A stretch of 64,000 nt of DNA from an uncultured Prevotellaceae bacterium (lineage in GTDB: Bacteria > Bacteroidota > Bacteroidia > Bacteroidales > Bacteroidaceae): contig OMZE01000007.1 of NCBI GenBank assembly GCA_900315455.1, positions 46,447-110,446 of the forward strand, given 5' to 3'. A program made the position numbers and the translations under genes. Shown here in pieces: positions 20,273 to 29,139 of this stretch (its first letter is position 1; the number at the start of each line of letters is the position of its first letter). The notes under the pieces are model-generated. The model searched no databases, was not told the origin of the DNA, and saw only the letters and a list, made by a program, of their open reading frames with translations.

Positions 20273-21570
20273 TTATTGGACCATCAGGGGACGTTGGTAA
20301 AACTTGAGCATGTAGATGTTGAGGATGGTGGTGTACTTGCTCTCGAGTTCGTTTTGCTGCGCCTGCACCAGGTTGGTCTTGCCGTTCATCAGTTCGATGA
20401 TGTTTTTCAGACCGAGCCGGAACTGCTCGCTGAGCAGTTCGTAACTGGCCTGCTGGCTGGCAGTGGCCACTTGTGCCGACTTGAACTTGCTCTGGTTGGT
20501 GGTGGCGTCTATCCAGAAAGTCTCGATGGTGTTGTAGAGCGTCTTCTGCTTGTCTTTCAGGTCGAGCAGGTTGAGCTCGCGCGACAGGCGGGCCTTGTTG
20601 ACGGCGGCCTTTGTCTTCCGGTTGTCGAGGATGGGGATGGAGAGGGTGGCGCCTACGGAGAAGTCGAAGTTGGTCTTGAGTTGATGCGCCCAATTGTCTT
20701 TGCTCATCGATGTGGTGTTGGTTCCGGCTGAGCCCGTCAGGCTCACCGTGGGACTCTTGCCGGCCCTGGCGATGTCGATGCTCACATCGCTGCTCTCAAT
20801 GGCCAACAGGCTGCTCTTGATTTCGGGACGGTTGTCGAGGGCGGCCATGTACACGGTGTCGAGGGCGGGAATCTCCTCCAAGGCCTGTGCATCGGTAAAT
20901 TGCGGGATGGCCACGTCGAAGTCGGTCGCGTCGGTGAGTTCGAGCAGTTGCTTGAGTTGGAACTTGAAGTTCTTCACGTTGCTCTCGGCCACCACGATGT
21001 TGTACTCGTGTCGACCATCGCCTGACCGCGCTGCTCGTTGAGTTTGCTTGTCTCCAGGCTTTGTTTGCTCACGGCGATGGCCTCGGTGGTGTAGAGAATC
21101 TGCACGTAGAGCTGTACGATGTGCTCCTCGATGCTGCGGGCTGTGACAACGGAGTCCACCTGAGCCTGCTGGACGGTCAACTGGTTGAGTTTGATGGTGT
21201 TCTTGTTTTTATTGCCGTTCCATACCGTCCAGTTGGCGTTCACGCCGTAACTGCCGTTGTAGTATACCTTGTCGACGCTCGACTGCACATATCCGTTGGC
21301 CACGGTGCTCTGTCCAGATGAGATGAACGGACGATAGACAACATTCTGACTGGTTGAAGCGTTCAGGGAAGGAAGGAGTTCGGCTTTCGACTGCAGGACA
21401 TCTTCTTCTACGGAGAGTCTCTGTACCTGGCTCTTCTTCAGTTGAATATTGTTCTTCAAGGCATAGTCGATGCACTCTTGAAGCGTCCATTTTTTACCTG
21501 TGTCCTGACCAAAAGAGGGTTGGACAGTCAGCATCACCAACCACACACATGCCGTCATCATTCTTTTCAT
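20273..21570 (-). pseudogene. TolC-family outer membrane channel split by a frameshifting lesion near 21010
   Basis: WTLQECIDYALKNN N-part (ORF ends 20974) and C-part ORF 20273-20995 are in different frames. Confidence 0.85.
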
Positions 21571-21687
21571 ATTCAACTTGCTCGCCGGAAAACAATGTAG
21601 TAATCTGGTGTTCAAACAAATCTCTATCATATCTTTTGTCTTAAAAAAGGAGAAATCGTTCTGGTGTCCATTATCTTTTCATGGGTG

Positions 21688-21753
21688 CAAAATTAGGCGG
21701 TAATGAGCGTCATGCCGCATTTAATCAACGAACCCGCATTTTCCTTCAGTGAA
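21688..21753 (-). promoter_or_regulatory. -7 element plus upstream direct-repeat activator site of the efflux operon
   Basis: TAATTTTG (21688-95, minus); AACGAA/AGTGAA repeats at 21-bp period. Confidence 0.65.
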
Positions 21754-21795
21754 GAGGTGTCAGGACTGAATAAGCATGAAGTTTCGCAAGAAAGG

Positions 21796-21833
21796 AAGAA
21801 TCACCATGCCACATGTCTGTCAAGGTGATTCTT
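21796..21833 (-). terminator. Intrinsic terminator after the HMA-like gene
   Basis: AAGAATCACC...GGTGATTCTT stem, pyrimidine tail on minus strand. Confidence 0.6.
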
Positions 21834-21931
21834 GCCTGTCTTGATAATCCCCACAAACCTAATTACCTAAAAAAACCTATCGACTTGAATACCATAATTA
21901 TTAACTAACAACATAAATGCTTAATTCTCAT

Positions 21932-22366
21932 CTAGTGATTTTCACCATTTCTGTGACTGTACTGGTTCTGGTTGCCTGTCTGCTGTGGTATGTAGCCATC
22001 TTGTGAATGGCTGTCATGAGATTGGCCTTGTTGATAGCCTTGATACTGTCCGGCTTGTTGGCTCTTGCCTGTGGTGTTTGTTTTGTTATTGTTCGCACCG
22101 TTCCTGCTTGTACCGCTCTTGTAGCCAGCCTTGTTCAAGGTGGCCTTGATTTTTGAGGCAGAGGTTTTCTTGTTGTCGTAACTCACCGTGAGCGTCTTGG
22201 ACTTGGTGGAATACTTGGCAGCCGTGACACCCTTGATTCGTTTTGCCACATTCTCCACCTTGCTCTTCGAACTGACATTGTTCAAACGGGTGGTGGTCTG
22301 CACGACTTTTGCCTGTACCAGACAAACGACCAGGGCGGCTATTGCAATCATTATTGTTCTTTTCAT
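21932..22366 (-). CDS. Exported HMA-like domain protein with Q/N/G-rich tail
   Basis: Signal peptide; IKGV...TLTVSYDNKKTS.SKIKATLNKAGY HMA-fold pattern without CxxC. Confidence 0.7.
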   Translation of the reverse strand: MKRTIMIAIAALVVCLVQAKVVQTTTRLNNVSSKSKVENVAKRIKGVTAAKYSTKSKTLTVSYDNKKTSASKIKATLNKAGYKSGTSRNGANNNKTNTTGKSQQAGQYQGYQQGQSHDSHSQDGYIPQQTGNQNQYSHRNGENH

Positions 22367-22419
22367 TCTAAGGTTCTCCTTATTTCATTGTTTTACAATT
22401 TGGTTGTTGAATACATCGG

Positions 22420-22485
22420 CAAAGGTAAGGCATCATTCATAACCTCACAAAAAATTATAACGAACACCTGTTTTTATTCTGTGAA
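22420..22485 (-). promoter_or_regulatory. -7 element plus direct-repeat site of the HMA-like gene
   Basis: TACCTTTG (22420-27, minus); AACGAA/TGTGAA at 21-bp period, same spacing as at 21688. Confidence 0.65.
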
Positions 22486-22976
22486 ACAGCAAATCCTGTC
22501 TTTTTGTTGTTCAACTCGCCTTCCCTCAACATACCCGTTGCCATAAGCCGTACGTATACAACACATGGGCATGTTCTCACGATCATGCCCAAGTCATTGG
22601 TGAATTAATGGAAGCCAATAGTGTGATTTCTCATCCTGAACTCTTCTTGTTCTAAAACTTATTCATTAACCATAATGACATTCGTATTTAAAGAGTTGTA
22701 TATGATAAATAGTGGTTTGCTTTCACCGACACAGGTTAGGGTGTGACGGCGTATATCAAGGACGTTGTCCTTGACAATACGGTAGTAGGACTTAAGATAG
22801 ATGATGTCAGAGGGGGCGGGGGCAATGGGGCTGGCAGAAGCATCCTCCAAATGCTCCTTCAATCTGTTTGCCGCCCTCTAGAAAACCTGTAGGCCAAAAG
22901 GCTTGATTTGATGCTGACAAAGATAATATAAAAATGAACGAAAGAAAAAATACAATGAACCGAAACTTCGTGTTTC

Positions 22977-23498
22977 TTATTCTGCAGTCCGAAGGATGAT
23001 GCTTGTAGCGCCGATAGTGAAGAGCGAACCGTCTTCGAGAACGCGGCGTTCGCGGTCGCCGAGGATTTCATTGTCAACGAATGTGCCCGTATTGCTCGGA
23101 CCGTCTCGAAGCACGTATTTCAGTGCGCCGTTCTTTCCACGCGACACATTCACGATACAATGCAACATGTCTACACTGGGGTCGTTGGTCTCGATAGGCA
23201 GCGAAGTCTTGCTCCCTTTCATATATCGGCCTATCGTGTTGTCGCCCATCCGTAGGGGCAACACCTGCTTGTAATGGAAAACATTCTCTATTACCAACAG
23301 ACTGCCACAGTTGGCTTCGTTGGCTTCTTCTTCGGGGTTCTCTTCTTTCTGGGTATTGCGGAGACGTGATACGCCCATACGAATACCGAACTGCTTTCCG
23401 CAGTTCGGACATTCGAAGACCAATGATTGGCCTGCCTCGTATCTTGTCTCATCAAAAGTGATGAAATTGTCGCATTTCGGACAGCGTACTCTTTTCAT
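22977..23498 (-). CDS. Zinc-ribbon plus FHA domain protein
   Basis: CPKC...CPNC; IGR...S...HC...SNTGTFV FHA motifs. Confidence 0.85.
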   Translation of the reverse strand: MKRVRCPKCDNFITFDETRYEAGQSLVFECPNCGKQFGIRMGVSRLRNTQKEENPEEEANEANCGSLLVIENVFHYKQVLPLRMGDNTIGRYMKGSKTSLPIETNDPSVDMLHCIVNVSRGKNGALKYVLRDGPSNTGTFVDNEILGDRERRVLEDGSLFTIGATSIILRTAE

Positions 23499-23502
23499 GC
23501 GG

Positions 23503-24630
23503 CTATTTCACTTCCATGATCCATCCGCTGGCAACGGTGCCAGCGTCCAACAGCGTTTGCAACTGTGCCACAGCGTCGTTCTTGTCGGCGTAGTCGCCAT
23601 ATACTATCATGTGGTCGTTGTTGTATTCGAAGAGAACGGCTTTCTTGGCTCCCTTCTCCTGTATGCTGGCAAGGAAGTTCTGGGCATTCTCTAATGGGAG
23701 GCTGCATCCAAGCACCACGGTGTAGTGACCGGCAGAGGGCAATACAGTCTCTTCGTTCATCTGCTCTATCTGCTGGGCGAGTTGCTCGAAGGCACCGGCA
23801 ATGCTTCTCGATGGAGCAGCAGCCTCAACAGCCGTTTCTGCTGGGGCGTCGGTGGCAGTGGCTTCGGCTACAGTCGTGAGACTGACGCTTTCCTTCACCT
23901 CCTTTTTGGGGGTGATGGTGGTAAGAAGACTGGCTTCAGCGGTTTGGTGGTCGCTCACCATGACCTGTTGGTTGGTCACCGGACGGGCAAAGAACAGCAA
24001 GGCCACGGCAGCCACGGCAGTGACGGCCAGGTTGCGCAGAAGACTGACTTTTATGCTGATGGTTTTTTCCTCGCGATGACGGTCGGAAGGGGATACTTGT
24101 GACATGATGGTTGCAAGACTGGGTTGGAATGTTGGGTTGGGGGATGTAATGCCGATGGGAGCGGTATCGTAGGATATGGTGCCGGGGATGTCGGCATGTT
24201 TCAGCACCTCGCTGAGCAAGGGCATCTCGATGCTGCTCAGGCCATAGAGCATGGGGGTGAGGAGTCCCGCTTCATTGGGCTCAAACTCATAGCGTCCCTC
24301 ATCGCTCAGCGAGAGCACGCCAAGGTCGGTAAACTCATATTGGCCTTCTTGCTCTATCTGGTTCTTCACCGATTCCACCTCGCGCTCCAACATGGCAACG
24401 GCTTCAGGATAACTGATGTCGTAGGCATCGGCATACGACTGCGCGAGCAAAGGGTCACTCATCGTCAGTTGGGGGTTGAAGCCTAATGTGCGCAATGGGG
24501 GGATGAACATGCTGTCGCGGTTGTCGTAGCGGGCTTCCACATGATGGGTCAGGAAACCGCCGAGATTGGGGACAATCACGCAGTCGTTGTTCAGCAAAAG
24601 TATTTCAATGTGTCTTCCTAATTCTATCAT
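23503..24630 (-). CDS. HU-CCDC81-like domains, TM and SPOR-like C-terminus
   Basis: MIELGRHIEILLLNNDCVIVPNLGGF N-terminus; TM; YTVVLGC...ASGWI. Confidence 0.8.
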   Translation of the reverse strand: MIELGRHIEILLLNNDCVIVPNLGGFLTHHVEARYDNRDSMFIPPLRTLGFNPQLTMSDPLLAQSYADAYDISYPEAVAMLEREVESVKNQIEQEGQYEFTDLGVLSLSDEGRYEFEPNEAGLLTPMLYGLSSIEMPLLSEVLKHADIPGTISYDTAPIGITSPNPTFQPSLATIMSQVSPSDRHREEKTISIKVSLLRNLAVTAVAAVALLFFARPVTNQQVMVSDHQTAEASLLTTITPKKEVKESVSLTTVAEATATDAPAETAVEAAAPSRSIAGAFEQLAQQIEQMNEETVLPSAGHYTVVLGCSLPLENAQNFLASIQEKGAKKAVLFEYNNDHMIVYGDYADKNDAVAQLQTLLDAGTVASGWIMEVK

Positions 24631-24689
24631 GCTGCAAAATTACTTAATTATATCGGATAAAGCAAGGGTTTGCTCCAAAAAAATATATC

Positions 24690-24744
24690 TCAGCATAGAG
24701 ATACAGAGAAACAAAAAAACTGTCTCTCTGTCTCCCTGTGTTGA
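24690..24744. repeat. REP-like imperfect hairpin (copy 1)
   Basis: tcagcatagagatacagaga ... tctctgtctccctgtgttga. Confidence 0.6.
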
Positions 24745-24757
24745 AGGTAAAAATGGG

Positions 24758-27325
24758 TTATTTAATCTTTACCGTCAGGTGTTTCATGCTGGGGTCGGCA
24801 CTTGAGTTGCCCACCATGATTTCGTATTTCCCAGGTACCACACGCATCGTATTGGTTGCTTCGTCCCATGTCTCGAACCGGTCGCGGGGCATGTCGATGG
24901 TCAATACCTGACTTCCGTTGGGCTCAAGCGTCGTCTTCGCAAATCCACGTAGGGTCTTGATGGGACCGTTGTTGTCGCCAACGCGTTTGATGTATACCTG
25001 CACGGTCTCACTCCCGCGCATCTTTCCCGTATTGGTTACACTTACCGTCAGTTTGCCGTTCTTGAATTTGGGCTTGCCTATTTCAAAGGTCGTGTAACTG
25101 AGGCCAAAACCGAAGGGGAACAGTGCGTCGCCCTTGAAGTAACGGTAGGTACGCCCCGTCATACGGTAGTCGAGGAAGTCGGGCAACTGGTTCACGTTGC
25201 GGTAGAAGGTCACGGGCAACTTGCCCCCTGGGTTGTAGTCGCCGAAGAGCACGTCGGCAACAGCGGTGCCGCCCGACTCTCCCGGATACCACGCCTGAAG
25301 GATGGCATCGGCGGTGCGTGTCTCTGGCTCCAGGGCGATGGCACTGCCTGAGCAGTTCACCAGCACCACTTTCTTCCCGGCAGCATGCAGGGCGGCAATG
25401 ACTTTACGCTGGGCTTCGGGCAGTTCGATGTCGGTACGGTCGCCGCCCTTGAATCCTGCTGCGTCGACCTTCATCTCCTCGCCTTCAAGGCGTGGCGAGA
25501 TGCCACCCACGAAAATCACTGTCTCGCAGTCGCGGGCTTGTGCCACCACCTCGTCCATGGTAGCGTCTAACTGATGGATGATGTCGAAATACAGGGCCGC
25601 CATGTCTTTGCCTTGGTGGTAGTCAAGTTGTATCTTGTATTGTTCACCGGCTTTCACGCGCTTGGTGCGGTCGGCTGCCTGAATGCGGTCGCGACCTCCC
25701 CATACATTCACGAGGGTGTCGCCATCGAGGATGAAGCGAATGCCGTCGTCGAACTTTATCCTGAAGGTCACCTCCTCGTCGTGGGTGGGACAGAATGTGC
25801 CTTCGTAGCGGGCACTGAAATCCTCGAGCGCTACACCAGGCGCGAAGACGGTATTGCCGCCATTGCTCAGGTTCACGGATTCGGAGAGGGTGACCACGGT
25901 GGCAGCGTCACCGGCAAATGTCGCGTTGTTGTAGTAGGTAGCGCGTAGTCCCTTCTTGCCCTCAGGACTCACGATGTCGCCAAAACGGCTCTCATCAATA
26001 ATGTTCTTGGTCAGGTCGCAGGCAGGAAAGTATTTCACGTTGCCCACTTTCTCACGGATGCCTTGAAGGATAGTGACGTTGGTGGTGGGGTAGCCGGAGT
26101 AGTTGGCCCATTGCATCACAGAGTCGTTGGCGTTAGGACCCATCACCATCAGGCGACTGCCGTCTTTGCGCAGGGGCAGTATGCCGTTATTGTGAAGGAG
26201 GGTCATCGTCTCACGCGCCATGTCGAGGGCCAGTTGCTTGTGTGCCAGGTTGGCAACTACACTGCCGGGAATCTTCTGCCAGTCTACGAGTTCCTCGCTG
26301 TCGAAATCTCCCAGTTCAAAACGGGCTTTCAACAGGCGTTTCAGACTCACGTCAATCTCCGCTTCGGAAATTTCTCCTGCTGAAACGGCCTCGGGGAGGC
26401 TGCGGTAACTGCTGCCGCACTCCACGTCGGTGCCGGTGCGCACTGCCAGTGCAGAGGCTTCATGGGCGGTGGATGATACACCGTGGCGGCCAGGGCGCCA
26501 GAAGTCATCGATTCCACCACAGTCGCTCGTCACGATGCCCTTGAATCCCCACTCGTCGCGCAGGATACGTTGCAGCAGACGGCTGCTGCCGCAGCAGGGG
26601 GCGCCATCGAAGCGTTGGTAGGCGCACATTACCTCACCTACCTCGCCCTCTATGACAAGTTGCTTGAAGGCGGGCAGATAGGTCTCCCAGAGGTCGCGCT
26701 CGGGCAGTAACTCTACGTTGAATTCATGACGGTTCCACTCTGGTCCGCTGTGCACGGCGAAATGTTTCGCGCAGGCAAGCAGTTTGCGGTAGCGGTGGGT
26801 GCCGTCGCCTTGCAGACCGCGCACCACGGCCAGTCCCATGCGTCCGGTGAGATAGGGGTCTTCGCCATAGGTCTCTTGTCCGCGTCCCCATCTCGGGTCG
26901 CGGAAGATATTGATGTTGGGGGTCCAGAACGACAGTCCCTGATAGCGTTTCACCACCCCAGAGCGACGGGCGGTGTTGTTTTTGGCACGTGCCTCATCGC
27001 TGGCGGCGTCGAACACCTTGAAGAGCAGGTCGTCGTCGAACGATGCCGCCATGCCGATGGTGGCAGGGAATACGGTGGCGAAACCATTGCGGGCTATACC
27101 ATGAAGGGCCTCACTCCACCAGTCAAACTGTGGGATGCCGAGACGTGGGATGGCGGGTGAGGAGTTCATCATCAGCCGTGCTTTCTCCTGAAGGGTAAGT
27201 CTACTGCAAAGGTCGGCTGCCCGTTCCTCCGCACTTAAGGCGTGGTTTTGGTAGGGGAAGGTTTGTGCACTGAGTGTGTGAAAGCCAAAGACGATGGCAA
27301 TGGTTAGCAGAAGGGTCTTTTTCAT
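24758..27325 (-). CDS. xyl3A: GH3 xylan 1,4-beta-xylosidase with PA14 insert
   Basis: WWSEALHG, RDPRWGRGQETYGEDP, KHF, VTSDCGG nucleophile region, signal peptide. Confidence 0.9.
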   Translation of the reverse strand: MKKTLLLTIAIVFGFHTLSAQTFPYQNHALSAEERAADLCSRLTLQEKARLMMNSSPAIPRLGIPQFDWWSEALHGIARNGFATVFPATIGMAASFDDDLLFKVFDAASDEARAKNNTARRSGVVKRYQGLSFWTPNINIFRDPRWGRGQETYGEDPYLTGRMGLAVVRGLQGDGTHRYRKLLACAKHFAVHSGPEWNRHEFNVELLPERDLWETYLPAFKQLVIEGEVGEVMCAYQRFDGAPCCGSSRLLQRILRDEWGFKGIVTSDCGGIDDFWRPGRHGVSSTAHEASALAVRTGTDVECGSSYRSLPEAVSAGEISEAEIDVSLKRLLKARFELGDFDSEELVDWQKIPGSVVANLAHKQLALDMARETMTLLHNNGILPLRKDGSRLMVMGPNANDSVMQWANYSGYPTTNVTILQGIREKVGNVKYFPACDLTKNIIDESRFGDIVSPEGKKGLRATYYNNATFAGDAATVVTLSESVNLSNGGNTVFAPGVALEDFSARYEGTFCPTHDEEVTFRIKFDDGIRFILDGDTLVNVWGGRDRIQAADRTKRVKAGEQYKIQLDYHQGKDMAALYFDIIHQLDATMDEVVAQARDCETVIFVGGISPRLEGEEMKVDAAGFKGGDRTDIELPEAQRKVIAALHAAGKKVVLVNCSGSAIALEPETRTADAILQAWYPGESGGTAVADVLFGDYNPGGKLPVTFYRNVNQLPDFLDYRMTGRTYRYFKGDALFPFGFGLSYTTFEIGKPKFKNGKLTVSVTNTGKMRGSETVQVYIKRVGDNNGPIKTLRGFAKTTLEPNGSQVLTIDMPRDRFETWDEATNTMRVVPGKYEIMVGNSSADPSMKHLTVKIK

Positions 27326-27442
27326 ATGGATAGGGTGTTTTTGCAAAAATAGGGATTTTTTGCCATATAAGCAAGGATTATTGCCAGAAAACCACTTTCT
27401 CTAGTTGTAATTAGTTGAATATATGGAAACACAAAAATAAGA

Positions 27443-27467
27443 AAAGGCGTGGTGACACCACGCCTTT
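27443..27467 (-). terminator. Intrinsic terminator of the decarboxylase operon
   Basis: AAAGGCGTGGTG/CACCACGCCTTT inverted repeat, T-rich tail on minus strand. Confidence 0.75.
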
Positions 27468-27506
27468 GTATAGATAGAAAGAATGTTTGACTATCTTTAT
27501 TTGCCG

Positions 27507-28664
27507 TTATGAGAAGAAGCCCAATAGCGTACCGGCTGCCACGGCAGAGCCGATGACACCTGCCACGTTCGGACCCATGGCGTGCATGAGCAGGAAGTTG
27601 TGGCGGTCGTACTCCAGACCGAGATTGTTGGAGATACGGGCGCTCATGGGTACGGCACTCACACCGGCGTTACCGATGAGCGGGTTGATCTTCTTGTCAC
27701 CGGAGAGGAAGAGGTTCATCAGTTTCACGAACAACACACCGCTGGCACTGGCAATGATGAATGCCATGGCACCGAGCACAAAAATCTTGATGGTGTTGAG
27801 GGTGAGAAACTCGCTGGCCTGGGTGCTGCATCCCACGGTGAGACCGAGGAGCACTACAATAACGTCGCTCAGGGCGCTGCCGGCGGTCTTTGCCAGACGT
27901 GTGGTCTTGCCGCTCTCCTTCAGCAGGTTGCCGAAGAACAGCATGCCGAGCAAAGGAAGACCAGAGGGCACGATGAAGGTGGTGAGCAGCAGTCCGATGA
28001 TGGGGAAAAGGATGCGCTCGGTCTGGCTGACGTGGCGTGAGGGCTTCATGTGAATCACACGCTCTTTCTTCGTGGTGAGCAGGCGCATCAATGGCGGCTG
28101 TATCACCGGCACAAGGGCCATGTAGGAGTAGGCGCACACGGCAATGGCACCCATAAGGTTCGGACAGAGTTTCGATGAGAGGAAAATAGCGGTAGGACCG
28201 TCGGCGCCACCGATGATGGCGATACCGGCAGCCTGATTGGGTTCGAAACCGAGGGCCAAAGCCACCATGTAGGCTCCGAAGATACCAAACTGTGCTGCAG
28301 CACCGATAAGCACCAACTTCGGGTTGCTGATGAGCGACGAGAAGTCGGTCAACGCACCGATGCCGAGGAACACCAGCGGCGGATACCATCCCTGGCGCAC
28401 GCCCTGGTAGAAGATGTTCAGCACGGAGTTGTCTTCATACAGTCCTATTTCCAGGCCGGCATCGGCACGGAAAGGTATGTTGCCCAAAATGATGCCAAGA
28501 CCGATGGGCACGAGAAGCAGGGGTTCGAAGTCTTTTCTGATGGCGAGCCAGATGAAGATGCCGCCCACGATAATCATAATGATGTTGGGGATGGTGGCAT
28601 TGGCAAAGCCCGTATACGACAAGAAGTCGAAAAACTTGGTTGAGATGAATTCAAACGTTCCCAT
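27507..28664 (-). CDS. Na+-translocating decarboxylase beta subunit (OadB/MmdB)
   Basis: EPLLLVPIG, IIGGADGPT, AMGPNVAGVIGSA. Confidence 0.95.
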   Translation of the reverse strand: MGTFEFISTKFFDFLSYTGFANATIPNIIMIIVGGIFIWLAIRKDFEPLLLVPIGLGIILGNIPFRADAGLEIGLYEDNSVLNIFYQGVRQGWYPPLVFLGIGALTDFSSLISNPKLVLIGAAAQFGIFGAYMVALALGFEPNQAAGIAIIGGADGPTAIFLSSKLCPNLMGAIAVCAYSYMALVPVIQPPLMRLLTTKKERVIHMKPSRHVSQTERILFPIIGLLLTTFIVPSGLPLLGMLFFGNLLKESGKTTRLAKTAGSALSDVIVVLLGLTVGCSTQASEFLTLNTIKIFVLGAMAFIIASASGVLFVKLMNLFLSGDKKINPLIGNAGVSAVPMSARISNNLGLEYDRHNFLLMHAMGPNVAGVIGSAVAAGTLLGFFS

Positions 28665-28668
28665 ATCG

Positions 28669-29118
28669 CTATCCTATGGTTATCAGGGTGGCACCTTCCA
28701 TCACGGTGTCGCCACGGGTTACTAATACGGAGGTCACCGTGCCGTCATGGTCGGCCTCGATGTTGTTCTGCATCTTCATGGCTTCGAGCACGATGACGGT
28801 GTCGCCGCTCTTCACGGTGTCACCCACGGCTACCTTTACCTCGGTGATGGTGCCGGGAAGTGGGGCGATGACCTTCGTGCCGGGGCCGGCTGCCACCTGT
28901 GGCTTGGCTGATGTCTCCTCCTTGGCGGCAGGGGCGGCGGCAGGAGAAGGAGCAGCGGCTGGCTTCACCTTCTTCGGGTGGGGGTGCTTGGTGGCGGCTT
29001 GAGCCATCTCTACCTCAATGGGCTTGCCGTTGACGATAACCTTGGCGATGTTGCCCTCTATGTCTTCTATCTCTACGGTGTAGTCGATGCCATCGACCTT
29101 ATATTGATACTTGTTCAT
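28669..29118 (-). CDS. Biotin carboxyl carrier subunit of the decarboxylase
   Basis: EAMKM biotinylation motif, Ala/Pro linker. Confidence 0.93.
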   Translation of the reverse strand: MNKYQYKVDGIDYTVEIEDIEGNIAKVIVNGKPIEVEMAQAATKHPHPKKVKPAAAPSPAAAPAAKEETSAKPQVAAGPGTKVIAPLPGTITEVKVAVGDTVKSGDTVIVLEAMKMQNNIEADHDGTVTSVLVTRGDTVMEGATLITIG

Positions 29119-29139
29119 TGTATATCTGGTTTTATGTGG

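Noticed and set aside
22659-22862. 67-aa ORF as a confident protein-coding gene
   Set aside because: TTG start and no recognisable motif; kept only as an alternative within the ncRNA finding
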